The notes: generated by a model from the sequence alone, not told the origin. Shown: positions 1 to 11,300, numbered from the stretch's first letter. The stretch: DNA of 64,000 nt from an uncultured Phycisphaerales bacterium (GCA_963758525.1 CAVWVQ010000003.1:640001-704000); one strand, 5' to 3'. Translations and numbers: made by a program.

Positions 1-63
1 TGATCCTCACTAAACCGAATTGGACCGACGATGAGCAAAAATCGCTTGCGGATGCTCAAGTTT

Positions 64-280
64 ACGACGGCTTCTTCCTTGCCGCCATGGTCCCTTGCGT
101 TTTCGTTGAGGTAGGGGTGTGGCGCTCGAAAGTGGCGATCGGCTCCGAGTAGGGCGGGATTCATCCCGCCGATTTGTTGGCCGGCTGAGAAAACGGCGGG
201 ATGAATCCCGCCCTACGATCGCAAAATCTGCAATCGCCACAAATAAAAGTTACACCCTTGAGGTAGTGCGCGATCAGTTC
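64..280 (-). pseudogene. Short GH29 fucosidase gene remnant (ELIAHYLNENARDHGGKEEAVV) interrupted by a MITE
   Basis: 64-114 plus 267-280 are near-identical to 7017-7081 inside the fucosidase gene at 6383-7891. Confidence 0.75.
115..257. mobile_element. 143-bp MITE, copy 1
   Basis: Ends GGGTGT...ACACCC; flanked by direct repeat TTGAGGTAG (106-114 and 258-266); same sequence as 8092-8234. Confidence 0.9.
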
Positions 281-807
281 TTCGCCCCCGTGTCGCCATC
301 GCCGGGCATGATCGTTTCTAACGGACCGACGCTGCCGTCGGGGCAGGTTGGCGATGTCACGCGGGCGTAGTTTTTGGGGTCATCTGCCAGCGAGAACCAG
401 TTTGATTCACCGGGTTTTTTCACTTCCGCGATCGGATCCCAGGGGATCAGCGCGGGTTTGGATTGCGAGGTTGGGGACTGCTTCATCCAAGCCTGGATTC
501 GCATAACCGTAGCCGGGTCGTACTTTTGCAGATACGCGACAAATGGCTTTCCCCCGGAACAGCGGAGCACTGTCGCTCCATATGCGGTTGTGCCGTTGTG
601 ATCAAAGGGCGGAAAGTTGGAGACGCTGTCCTGGAAATAGGTTTTGCCGTCGTCATCAGAAAAGAACGCCCGATCGGAGCGAAGGGCGTGATGCCTCGGC
701 GTGCCCGAGAATTGCCACGCGACCAAAAGCAGGGTGCCCGCGATGATGGCCGTCGCGGCGATCATCACAACTCCCGTTCTCTGATTCAACCATTGGCGAA
801 CGCCCAC
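274..807 (-). CDS. Conserved hypothetical membrane-anchored protein (prepilin-partner family, copy 1)
   Basis: N-terminal TM helix; motifs AFFSDDDGKTYF, VKKPGxxxW, CPDGS; four paralogs at 46.7-52.3 kb. Confidence 0.8.
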   Translation of the reverse strand: MGVRQWLNQRTGVVMIAATAIIAGTLLLVAWQFSGTPRHHALRSDRAFFSDDDGKTYFQDSVSNFPPFDHNGTTAYGATVLRCSGGKPFVAYLQKYDPATVMRIQAWMKQSPTSQSKPALIPWDPIAEVKKPGESNWFSLADDPKNYARVTSPTCPDGSVGPLETIMPGDGDTGAKN

Positions 808-822
808 GGCATCTCCGGGACC

Positions 823-1749
823 TTATTGATCGATGCGCCAGTAAGGATACGAAAATCCGCCGGTCTTCGCATCGGCGTTGAAGCCGGCAGGGGTGCTGGC
901 GTACATGTCGGCTTCCATCGTCGTATTCACGTACCAGGGGAGCGAGGGACGCGGAATTGTTTCAGCGTGCCCGTCCATCAAAAGAACGTTGGTATACCCG
1001 GTCTTCTGCAGTGCCAGCGGCGATGACTGGTTTCCCTTCCCATGGCGATTGATAAGGCGCCAATACAGGTTGTAGTAGGCATGAAGTCCGGATCCATCGA
1101 AGAGGAAGACCACTTCGGAGGACTTCATCTGCACGAGCTTGTAGCCGCTGGTGAACTGGTCTCCTGTTGCCTGGCAGGGGGACTTATCGTACAGCCCTCC
1201 AGCAATCGGGGGCTTTACGTTGTTGTTGTTTCCGTTGATGCCGTAGCAGCAACCGACATAGAGAGTTTGCGGCGCGGGCGGCGAGGGCCGCAGCACCAGC
1301 GATTTATACGTCAAAAACCCGTCGATGCCGCCGGCGGGGTAGGTCGTGAAGCCGTTGGCGGTAAACGGGCCGTTCTCGCCGACATTTGGAGCGGAGGGAC
1401 AGTTGAGGACGGAGTCGTAATCGATTCCCGACGTGCTGGTTATCCCCTGCTCGGAAATATATCCCAGCGCGACAAGGGCGAGTGGCCAGAGATCTCCGAC
1501 GCTGGTGCTGCCCTTGTCGTAGAAGTAGCAAGGGAGCGCATATCCGTGGTTGTCGTTGCTATAAGACAGCGCCGCCTGCCCGACTTGGCGGAGATTCGAA
1601 AGGCACTTGATCGTGCGTGCCGATTCGCGGGCGGAGTTGAGGGCCGGCAGCAGCAGCGCGAGCAGAATCGCGATGATGCCTATGACGACCAGGAGTTCCA
1701 CAAGGGTAAAGCCTCGACCGCGGTTTTTCCGGTCCAGTCCTCGCATCAT
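823..1749 (-). CDS. Prepilin-type N-terminal cleavage/methylation protein (DUF1559/H-X9-DG-like)
   Basis: [26 protein letters not shown]-terminal [10 protein letters not shown]; start chosen at MMRG. Confidence 0.9.
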   Translation of the reverse strand: MMRGLDRKNRGRGFTLVELLVVIGIIAILLALLLPALNSARESARTIKCLSNLRQVGQAALSYSNDNHGYALPCYFYDKGSTSVGDLWPLALVALGYISEQGITSTSGIDYDSVLNCPSAPNVGENGPFTANGFTTYPAGGIDGFLTYKSLVLRPSPPAPQTLYVGCCYGINGNNNNVKPPIAGGLYDKSPCQATGDQFTSGYKLVQMKSSEVVFLFDGSGLHAYYNLYWRLINRHGKGNQSSPLALQKTGYTNVLLMDGHAETIPRPSLPWYVNTTMEADMYASTPAGFNADAKTGGFSYPYWRIDQ

Positions 1750-1911
1750 AACAAATTCGATCGCGCCTTCGCCGCTGTCGGCATCGGCGCGGGCAGACGT
1801 GAGATTACACTCGCCAATCATCGGTCCTGACCCCGCAATCTGGCGTTTAAATTAGCTGTCATCTTCGCCCCGACCAATAAAAATTTCCCGCCGCAAAGAA
1901 GGTGAAAGCGC

Positions 1912-3891
1912 TCAGCCTGCGCCTCTGGATTGCTCGACGACGGCGCGCCGCTTCCTCCGCGACGCCAGCATTGGAATGACCCCGGCCAGCACCAGAATGC
2001 CGCCGCCCGGCTCGGGAGTTGCGTTGTACCCGATCTCCAGATATTGCCCGCCGCCGCTGTTGATCGCCTCCAAATAGAACGAGGAGCCGGATCCCGTCGA
2101 ATTGCTTCCGGGAGCCCCGACGAACGCGCTGGTGTCGAGAGTGAACAGGCTGGAGGTGGTCGTGCCGGTGGACGCTCCGGTTGGGCCGGCGGTTGCAAGG
2201 TAAACTCCGGGCGTGAACGGGGTGCCGTTGGTGATGGAGGCGATTTCCCAAGTGTAGTTCTTCGTCCTATCGAAGTCGCCGATCTTGCCTCCCGGGCTGG
2301 TGAGGGAGATCGCAAACGTATTGCCCGCGCCGCCCCCCAGACCAGAGAGGGCCAGGGCATTCATCGAAACAAGATCCCATCCCGTCGAGCTTCCGGCGGC
2401 GCCGGTGCCGGCAACCCCGGTTCCAGTTCCGTTGGTTTCGTTGATCTTCGCGACGTAAGCGCCGCCTTTGGCCCACGTCTGGCCGACCGTCGTCGATGCC
2501 CCGTTCTGCGTTGTCAGGGTCCCGGTCACGTCGGTTGCGCCGGTTCCGGTGGTGGTCCCGAGCGTGCTTGCGGTACCGGTGCCGGCCGAAAGCTTGCTGC
2601 CGGCGGCAATGGTCAGGGGACCGTTGACCGTCCTGAACCCGCCAAGCGCCTGCCCGCTGGCGAGCGCGAAACCGCCGGTGATTCCGGTGATGTCAAGCGT
2701 CGCGGCGGTGGCAGCGGAACTCCCCGCGGTAATCGCCCCCGAACTGGCAATGTTGTTTGACGCGCTGGAGAGCGCCAGCGTGCCGGCGGCCACGGTTGTG
2801 GCGCCCTTATATGTGTTCGCCGCCGAAATCGTCAGCGTGCTGGAGCCGGCCTTGGTGAAGGCGCCGGTCGCCAATGTTCCAACTTGAAACGCGGTAGCAT
2901 AGGTGGTGACGGTATTTCCCGTGCCTGCGTCAATTGTCCCCGTAACCCCGTCCTCGATTTTAATCTTGCCGGATAAATCGTCTATAGCGGCCCCATTGCC
3001 TCCGTTATTACCGATCCAGAGTGTTGCGTCCCCGGTGAAATCGAAGCCGTTGGTCGCCGTCACTTTAGAGGCATTCCAATTGGTGCTCAGCTCGAATGTC
3101 CCGCCGTTCAGTTGAACCTGAGTGATGGTTCCATTAAAGCCACCGGAGTTGGCGAACAAGCCGGAGCCCTTCTTGATGATGGTTCCGGTCGTCTGGCCAA
3201 CAGGGTTGTTAATCCGGCCAAGGTTCGTATTGCCGCCGCCGTCGATCGTCAGCGTCTTGCCATTGATGTTGATCGAACCGGCAGCCGTGCCGGCGTTCAG
3301 CGTCAGCGCATCGCCTGTGCCAACAAACCACGTTTGGTTGTTCTGTACTGTGCCGTTCCACGCGCTGGTCCCAGTCGCTCCCACTTGCAGATTTTTGTTG
3401 AGGTTGTCGTCGATCCAGATGCCGACATTGGAGGTGCCGTTAACGGTCTGGCCTCCCGTAAAGTTGAAAGCTGAGGTCCCGTTGGTATTCACGATCGTGG
3501 TGTTGCCAACGGCTCCGGTCAGCCAAATGGCCCCGACTGTTATCGCACTGGCGGTGGAAAATGTCGGCTGCGTTGCGGTGACCCGGTTGAATTCGGCAAT
3601 GTCGTTTGTGCCAGGAGCTGCTGCCGGATCGGGTGTGTCCGCTGTGCCACTGGTATTCCAGTTGGTGTTTGTGGTCCACGGCGCACTGCCCGGCGCCGCA
3701 TCCCAGTAAATTGTTGCCGCTTGAGCCGAGGGGGAGGGAAGCAGCGACTGCGCGACCGTCAATGCGGCGGCGGAAGCCACCAGCACGAGAGAGTGTCGCG
3801 CGGCTCTACGGCGCCGCCCGCTCCAGTTGGCGTTGTTGAAAAAGGCTTCTTTTGCTGAAGTTCCGGCACACACACGGGGCTGCTTTTGCAT
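1912..3891 (-). CDS. PEP-CTERM surface protein with autotransporter-associated beta-strand repeats (1)
   Basis: Long signal peptide; TKAGSSTLTISAANTYKGATTVAAGTL repeat; C-terminal PEP + TM + RRKRR. Confidence 0.9.
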   Translation of the reverse strand: MQKQPRVCAGTSAKEAFFNNANWSGRRRRAARHSLVLVASAAALTVAQSLLPSPSAQAATIYWDAAPGSAPWTTNTNWNTSGTADTPDPAAAPGTNDIAEFNRVTATQPTFSTASAITVGAIWLTGAVGNTTIVNTNGTSAFNFTGGQTVNGTSNVGIWIDDNLNKNLQVGATGTSAWNGTVQNNQTWFVGTGDALTLNAGTAAGSININGKTLTIDGGGNTNLGRINNPVGQTTGTIIKKGSGLFANSGGFNGTITQVQLNGGTFELSTNWNASKVTATNGFDFTGDATLWIGNNGGNGAAIDDLSGKIKIEDGVTGTIDAGTGNTVTTYATAFQVGTLATGAFTKAGSSTLTISAANTYKGATTVAAGTLALSSASNNIASSGAITAGSSAATAATLDITGITGGFALASGQALGGFRTVNGPLTIAAGSKLSAGTGTASTLGTTTGTGATDVTGTLTTQNGASTTVGQTWAKGGAYVAKINETNGTGTGVAGTGAAGSSTGWDLVSMNALALSGLGGGAGNTFAISLTSPGGKIGDFDRTKNYTWEIASITNGTPFTPGVYLATAGPTGASTGTTTSSLFTLDTSAFVGAPGSNSTGSGSSFYLEAINSGGGQYLEIGYNATPEPGGGILVLAGVIPMLASRRKRRAVVEQSRGAG

Positions 3892-3988
3892 CGTTCTCTC
3901 CCAGATTTCCGTCTGCGCGTCAGACTTGACGAGGCATGTTCACTCCGCCGCGCCTTTCAAAGACCGCAAGGTTTCTCCGCGTCAATGC

Positions 3989-4060
3989 GTATCCGCGCGG
4001 CGGACTCAAATTCTTACAAAGATTTCTTTTTGTAAGAATTTGGTCTCGCGGCGCGGATAC
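3989..4060. promoter_or_regulatory. Large inverted repeat in the divergent promoter region
   Basis: Inner arms CAAATTCTTACAAA (4007-4020) / TTTGTAAGAATTTG (4029-4042); outer arms GTATCCGCGC / GCGCGGATAC. Confidence 0.6.
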
Positions 4061-4092
4061 CGGCTGACCGCAGTCCGAAAATCCTGTGCGCG

Positions 4093-4647
4093 GTGAACAC
4101 CGGGAGGCGTCTCTTGGCAGGTTTGGAATCGCGTAACGAGGAATTCGCCCGGCTGTGGACGCAAGCCCAGCCAGGGGTGTCGGCTTTCGTATTGTCGATG
4201 ATTCCCGATTTTCACATGGCTGAGGACGTTTTGCAGGAATGCGCCGCCGTGCTGATCCGCAAATTCGACCGGTACGATCCTTCACAGCCGTTCATTGCCT
4301 GGGCCATCGCCGTGGCCCGCCTTGAAATCATGGACGCGCGCCGCCACGTTGCCGCTTCCCGCGTCGTGTTCGACGAGACGGCGTTTGAAAACCTCGCCGC
4401 CGCCTACGAGAAAGTGGGCCCGGAGGTGGGACCGATTGTGGCGGCGCTGCAGGAATGCGTCGACCGGGCGAGCAGCAAATCACGACAGTTGCTTGATCTG
4501 CGCTATGGTGCGGATTTGAAGCCGCGGGAAATCGCCGCGCGGGTCGGTTCGACGGTCAATGCGACGACGGTTGCCCTCAACCGCGTGCGTCAGTCGCTGC
4601 GCCAGTGCGTTGAATTGAGATTATCGAGCAAAAAGGCGACGTTATGA
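4093..4647 (+). CDS. ECF RNA polymerase sigma-70 factor (Planctomycete/Verrucomicrobia type)
   Basis: Region 2 (AEDVLQE...FIAWAIAVAR) and region 4 HTH (LRYGADLKPREIA...LNRVRQSLRQC). Confidence 0.9.
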   Translation: MNTGRRLLAGLESRNEEFARLWTQAQPGVSAFVLSMIPDFHMAEDVLQECAAVLIRKFDRYDPSQPFIAWAIAVARLEIMDARRHVAASRVVFDETAFENLAAAYEKVGPEVGPIVAALQECVDRASSKSRQLLDLRYGADLKPREIAARVGSTVNATTVALNRVRQSLRQCVELRLSSKKATL

Positions 4648-6097
4648 CGAGCGACCCCAAGATACTGATTGCGCTGTATATCGACGACGCGCTGTCGCCG
4701 GAGCAGGGCGCGAACTGTGCGAATGGGTGAATCAGAGCCCGGCCAACGCAGAGCGATTCGCCCGCGAGATGGTATTTCACCGCCGCCTGTATGACATTTG
4801 CCACGGCCGCAATGTTCTGGCGATTCACGACCAGGACGACGAAACTCCGTCGACCGACGATCCGCGGGGCAAGTCGCTGGTGATGCCAGCCATCGTTGAA
4901 GAAGCCGAGCCGACAGAAGACCAGGCGATCACGCCCCCTCCCGCCGCCGCGCGGGTGCCGGCGGCGCCCAAGCCGCGGCGGATCATTTCGGCAAAACGCG
5001 GAGGCTTTCGCCAGTGGCGATGGTTCGCCGCCGCCGCCGGGCTGGGATTGGCTGCGTGTCTGATCCTCGCCTTGATGCCGCGGTTCGGTTCTCCGGCGCG
5101 GCTGACCGCACTGGCGGGCGTTAGCTGGGAGCGCGACGCCATGCCGGTCGGAAGCAAACTGGATCGCGGGCAGATCGTGCAGCTTCGATCGGGAACGGCT
5201 GAGCTTACCTTTGCCAGCGGCGCGAGCGTAATCCTGCAGGGGCCGGTCGCGTTTCATGTTGCCGATCGCAATGCTGGCGCGCTCGACTATGGCAAGCTGG
5301 TCGCACACGTCCCTGGGGCGGCGCACGGATTCACTGTCACTTCATCGAATCTACAGATTGCCGACCTCGGAACCGAATTCGGATTGAGCGTTAGTCGGGC
5401 GGGGGTGGCGCGGGTCGAAGTGTTTAAGGGGAAACTGGAGATCACGCGTCCCGACCAGACAGTCGGGCGGCAACCGCCGATACAACTCACCTCCAACCAG
5501 ACGGTCAGTTGCCAGGTGAGCGAAGGGGAGATCGAGCCGGCCGCGCCGAACAGCGAGGCCTTCGTGCGGGAGATGGCCGAGACGCGGCTTCCCATCGCGC
5601 TTCACAATACTGGCATGGGACTGCGCGTGGGCGATCGTGATCCGAACTGGAAACTTCTTTCGCCCGGGGAGTCTGTTCCGCAGGCCCGGTCGGCGTTCGT
5701 CGCCTCCCCTCTGATTGGTCGCTATCTGGCGAATGATCCCGATCACTCCCAGTGGATTTCCTCGGTCGCGGACTTTAGCCGCGTCGCCACGGGCAAATAT
5801 ATCTTCAGGTCGACTTTTGATTTGACCGGCTTCGACCCAGCCAGTGTAGAGATCCATGTCAAATGTATTGCTGACGACAAGATCCACGAAGTCCGGGTCA
5901 ATGGAATGCGGGCCGCGCTGCCACGTGATGCCACCTCCTGGACGTTCACGGAATTTCACGCCTTCACACTGACCGGGCACTTTCGAAGTGGAATCAATAC
6001 GGTCGAATTCGAGGTTCCCAATGGCGGAGAGACGCCCACGGCGATGGGCCTTCGCGTCGAGTGGGAGGGAAGCGGTGCGCCGATCGTGCAGCGATGA
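4644..6097 (+). CDS. FecR-domain anti-sigma factor with C-terminal beta-sandwich sensor; frameshift near 4710
   Basis: ATG overlaps sigma stop (ATGA); MTSDPKILIALYIDDALSPEQ then shifts frame; TM helix; FecR motif DLGTEFG...VEVFKG. Confidence 0.85.
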
Positions 6098-6382
6098 GGC
6101 GTCCCCTGCCGAAATTCAGCAGCATTATGCTTGGGATTCCCTGTCGTCTTCGGATTGCGATTGTGGAGTTGAGGCACGCGGACAGAGTCTCCTCCTGTTA
6201 ATAGCTTTCCAACACGACGTGCTGTTCAACTCGCCTTGCCGGTATCCAGTCGAGGGATTCACGCTGCAATGTCCGTACCGGATTGAGAACGTTTGCGAAG
6301 GCCTGACTGCGCCTCCGCGGTTCACGACCATCCATTCTTCTCGCGGAAGCCTGTTATATTCCGGATGTTGATGGTTCGCCTG

Positions 6383-7891
6383 TCACTTCTGGATGATCTT
6401 GTAGCAGACCGCGTCTTCGCAGGGCCACTTGCCGGCGGGCTCGATGATCAAACCATCCGAGCCCGCTTTCCAGGCGACTTTCTCGCTGCTTCCGAGCAAT
6501 TCGACATTCTTAATTTTATCGCCCATACCTGCCATGGCGGTCATCTTGATCTCGGCCTGCGGAATGCCCAGACAGAACGCGTAAATCACGTTTCCCTTGG
6601 TGGTGTAGCGGATGTCCTGCCAGGTCATTGGCTGCATCGGCTCATTCATTCCCTTCTTCTCTATCACCGTCGGCCCTTCGCCGAAGGTCTTCCATGGACG
6701 AGTGCCGTAGATAGCCTCCCCGTTGATAGGAATCCATTTAGCGAGTTCATCGAGAACCTTTTCACATTCGGGGTAGAGACCGCCATCGCCGCGCTGAGGG
6801 AAGTTCATGAGCAGATTGCCGTTCTTGCTCACCACGTCGATCAGCGTGTCGATGACGGTCGGCGCATCTTTGATGTTGGAGTGGGAGTCGTTATGAGGAT
6901 TATGGTTCATGTAGAACCACCCGGACAAGGAAGTATCATCCTGCCACGGGTTCGGCTGGAGGATCGTCGAGACGCCACGCTCGTAGTCGCTGACGAAGGA
7001 GCCGGCTTTCACGTTCACGACGGCTTCTTCCTTGCCGCCATGATCCCTTGCGTTTTCGTTGAGGTAATGCGCGATCAGTTCCATTCCATATTGGCCGTGG
7101 GGAATGCCGCCATCGAAGTAGAGAAGATCCGGCTTGTACTTGTCGACGAGTTCTGTGTGGCGCTTAAGCCACTCTTGTTTCCACGCTTCGGTGGGCTTGT
7201 CTTTCGGACCCGTGGGAGTGTTATAGAGGCTCTCAAAAGCGGGGTTCGCGCCATCATACGGCACACCCGCCAGCGGCCCGGTCTTGTCCGTCAGACGGGC
7301 GGCATACATATAATTCCAACCCCGCTCGTCGGCATGGGATGAAACTCCAAAGCGCAGCCCCGCCTTGAGCGCTGCCGCGCGCCACAGCCCGACGATGTCC
7401 TTGTGCGGGCCATGTTTGACCGAATTCCACTCATGATAGGTGGAGTCGAAGTTGTCGAAATTGTCGTGATGCGTCGCCAGGGCGACGAAGTATTTCGCAC
7501 CGGCCGCCTTATACTTTGCAATCAGGGCGTCGGGGTCGAATTTCTCGGCTTTCCAGGATTCGATGACGTCTTTGTAGCCTACCTTGGTTGGATGCCCATA
7601 GTGTGCGAGATGCCAGTTATAGTCGCCGTTGCCCTGCGTATACATGTCGTGAGCATAGTTGTTACTGATTCCCGGGATGGAGTCGGGGCCCCAGTGCGAC
7701 CAGATTCCGAATTTCGCGTCCCTGAACCATTCGGGGCACGTGTAACTGCTGAATGACTTCATCGTCGGCTGGAACGGACCCGCCACATCGGCCGAATCGG
7801 CGGCAGTCGCGTCGGCCAGGGCGGCGCGGGTGAACGACGGTGAAAGGAGCGAGATGAAAGCGACAGCGAAGCAGCAAAAGCGATTAGACAT
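6383..7891 (-). CDS. GH29 alpha-L-fucosidase (1), secreted
   Basis: WFRDAKFGIWSHWG, HHDNF, LYFDGG, DVVSKNGNLLMN motifs; signal peptide. Confidence 0.9.
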   Translation of the reverse strand: MSNRFCCFAVAFISLLSPSFTRAALADATAADSADVAGPFQPTMKSFSSYTCPEWFRDAKFGIWSHWGPDSIPGISNNYAHDMYTQGNGDYNWHLAHYGHPTKVGYKDVIESWKAEKFDPDALIAKYKAAGAKYFVALATHHDNFDNFDSTYHEWNSVKHGPHKDIVGLWRAAALKAGLRFGVSSHADERGWNYMYAARLTDKTGPLAGVPYDGANPAFESLYNTPTGPKDKPTEAWKQEWLKRHTELVDKYKPDLLYFDGGIPHGQYGMELIAHYLNENARDHGGKEEAVVNVKAGSFVSDYERGVSTILQPNPWQDDTSLSGWFYMNHNPHNDSHSNIKDAPTVIDTLIDVVSKNGNLLMNFPQRGDGGLYPECEKVLDELAKWIPINGEAIYGTRPWKTFGEGPTVIEKKGMNEPMQPMTWQDIRYTTKGNVIYAFCLGIPQAEIKMTAMAGMGDKIKNVELLGSSEKVAWKAGSDGLIIEPAGKWPCEDAVCYKIIQK

Positions 7892-8091
7892 CGATCCGAT
7901 CCTTTTCGATTGATAACCCAGCGAGGCAATTCACCCCCGAAGGCCGTAGCCGAAAGGGGAACCCGTCCGGAGACCCGGCAGAAGCAATAACATACTGCCC
8001 GGCGGGCATCTTTTTCCGTATTCGTTGGCGGCTCCTTTATACTCGAACCAGTCCAGGTGAGGCACCCCGCGAAGGGCAGATCGCTCTGGGC

Positions 8092-8234
8092 GGGTGTGGC
8101 GCTCGAAAGTGGCGATCGGCTCCGAGTAGGGCGGGATTCATCCCGCCGATTTGTTGGCCGGCTGAGAAAACGGCGGGATGAATCCCGCCCTACGATCGCA
8201 AAATCTGCAATCGCCACAAATAAAAGTTACACCC
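8092..8234. mobile_element. 143-bp MITE, copy 2
   Basis: GGGTGT...ACACCC ends; target duplication CTCTGGGC (8084-8091 and 8235-8242). Confidence 0.9.
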
Positions 8235-8325
8235 CTCTGGGCGCGGTCGGTTTGATGCGGCGCTCCCATCGCGTACGTCTCCTTGCTTGGAAAGTGTGCT
8301 CCGTGCCCGCAGAATAGGAAACTCT

Positions 8326-11300
8326 ATGAACACCCGCCTGTCGAATGTGGCGCTGGCGATCCTCTTGATGGTCTCCTCCCGCGGTGCCCGGGCCGCCGAT
8401 AAACCTAAAGGCGAGCGGAACGACCAGATCTATCCTCCGGCCGCGGCGGCAAAGGAGTTTATTGATTTCGACGGCAGGGGCTTCATCATCGACGGACGTC
8501 GCACCTACATCTGCTCGGGTACGCTTCACTACCCGCGCGTCCCCCACGAGCTTTGGGCCGACCGCATGCTGCGGATGAAGCAGGCCAGCTTCAACTGCCT
8601 CGAGACTTACGCCTTCTGGAACCTCAGCGAGCCGCGCGAAAACGAGTGGAAATTCGTCGGCGACAGCGACATCGGCGCGTTCCTCGACACCGCCAGGAAG
8701 CAGGGGCTCTACGCCATCGTGCGTGTCGGACCATACGTGTGCGCTGAGTGGGACCTGGGCGGATGGCCGATCTGGCTGAAGTTCAAGCCGCCGGTGAACG
8801 TGCGCACAAACGACCCGGCGTACCTCGCCCTCAACGATCACTGGTACGAGAAGATCTTCTCAATCATCTCGCCACGGCAGATCAACCGGGGCGGCAATGT
8901 GATCATGGTGCAACTTGAGAACGAGCACCCGCTGGGCTGGGGCGTGATCAAGGACCAGCCCTACTTCGTTCACCTCAGCGACACCGCCGTAAAGCTGGGG
9001 CTCCAGGTTCCCTACTTTATGAGCGGGCTCAATCACGGCGGTTCACCTTCGCCCGCCAACATCAACCCCTCCACGCGCAACAATCCCTGGTTCACCACCG
9101 AATTCTGGTCCGGCTGGTTCGACGCCTATCGAACCCTGGCGGAGAAAAAGCTCCGCGCCATCGACAACGCCCAGTGGAACATCGTCGCTCACGGCGGCGG
9201 AGGCTACAACTTCTACATGATCCACGGCGGCACAAACTTCGAAACCTGGAACGACGACTCCGTCGGCGCCAGCTACGATTACGGCACGGGTATCGGCCAG
9301 GCCGGCGACCTGCGACTCATGTACTACCGGATGAAGCGCGTGAACCAACTGGCGCAGAGTTTCCCGGATATCCTCGCCAACAGCACTGACGCCCTCGGCG
9401 ATTTTAAAGACTTTGCCAGCGGCAAGAGCGTGCAGGTCATCGGCGCCCGCCGAAGCGACGCCGGCACGCTGATCTTCGTGCAAAACAGCACCCGCGACCC
9501 CGCGATCGCGACGCTTAAGGCCGGCGATCAACTCCAACTCGCGCGCTACGGCACTTACCCGCTGCCGCATGACGTCGTTGTTGCCGAGGGGCTGAAGATC
9601 GCCGATTCGACCCTTCCGGTTCTAGGCCTGGCGAAATTCGACACTGGCACCACGCTGATCGTCTACGGAGAGCCGGGCCAGACCGGACATCTCACGCTCG
9701 CCGCCGACAGCCCCATGAAGACGGGGCTGACGACCGCCGGCATTGAGGCTTCGCTCTCGAACTCGAAGGCGCCGACCCTGAAGATCACGATTCCCGCGTC
9801 GGGAGTGGAGGAGTGTAATTTGGCCGCAGGCGCCAGTGAACTCCGCGTCCTGGCCACGAGCAGGGATCTGTCGCTGTACACCTGGCTGATCGGAGCAGCC
9901 GGCAAACAGTACGTCATCGTCGGCCCCGCATTCGTCCAGGATGTTCAAGAGAAGGACGGCCAGGCCGCGGTAATGATCGAGCGGTACTATGGCCAGGCCG
10001 CTCCGGCGCAAGTGGCAGTGTACGGCGCTCCCGGCCGCAGTTGGCACTTGGGCGCCAAGGCCGATACGAGCCTCGACGATCAGCCGGCGCCCGCGCTCTC
10101 CGCATGGGAAAAGTCTGTGCTGCCGCTGGCGGACCCGGATTACAATGACTCCCAGTGGCTCCACTCCGAGCAGCCTCTGGAAATGGGAGCGGACGGAAAC
10201 ACCTCCGCATTCGGCTGGTATCGGACGATCGTGGACATGCCCGCCGCCGGGGGTGGCACACTTTCGTTCCGCGCCAAGGATGACGCGGAGCTTTTCGTGA
10301 ACGGCCATCCCATTCCTGTCGCCAACGGCAGCGCAAACGTCGACCTGACCGCGGGCAAGAACACCATCGCGTTCTTCGTCTCCCACCATGGACGCAATAA
10401 AGCCTACAGTTACCTTGGCTCATTGGTGGGTCGCGACGACAAGGGACTGGTCGGCGCGCCGGTGCTCACGGTCGCCGGCCAGAAGCGCGAACTAACCGGC
10501 TGGCGCCAGACCGGCGGACCCGGCGAAGACCCTTCGAGGATCCAGAATTGGAGCGCCGCCAACGGCGCCGCCTCCGCCTCCGGCGTCCCCACCTTTTACC
10601 GCACCCAATTCAGCGCCAAGCCGCCAGCGGAACTGGGCGCATACCCGATTTTGCGCGCGACCTTCGCCGGCCTCTCGCGCGGCACGATGTGGATGAACGG
10701 CCATAACCTCGGCCGCTATCCGGAAAAAATTCGCGTTGATTCCCTCTACATCCCCGAGTGCTGGCTCAGCCCCGGGGGCGACAACGTGCTGACGGTCTTC
10801 GACGAGCAGGGCGCTGATCCCTCCCAGGTCCAGCTCATCATCGAAAAAGTCGCCAGCCGTGAGATCGTGCGTGCCTCCGCGCCGGTGCCCGCGAACACGC
10901 CGCTGCAGGTTCCCCCGGAGAACCCAATCCGCGACCTGGCGGCAATGAACAAAGGCAACCTCGCCTTCGGCCGTCCTGCCGTCGCCTCGGCCTCTAACAA
11001 AGGGTCCTCGCCCGGCGCCGCCACCGACGGCGATACCGAAACCAACTGGTCCGCCCCGGCTAAAACCCGCGATGTGTGGCTCCAGGTCGATTTAGGCCAG
11101 CCCCATTCGGTAAAGGTCTGCGAAATCTTCTGGGACGGCCCGGCAAAGACCATGCACTACACGCTTGAAGGCTCGACCGACGGCTCGACCTGGGCGAAGC
11201 TCGGCGACAACACCACTGCCGTCCCAACCTCGCCCGACAGTCCCTCGGAACTCTCCCGGCTCAACCTTGCCGGTGAGCCGACCCGCTACCTGCGTCTCAC

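Noticed and set aside
7925..8017. Hairpins upstream of fucosidase 1 as a riboswitch or terminator
   Set aside because: No recognisable riboswitch consensus, and the stems are short GC-rich matches.
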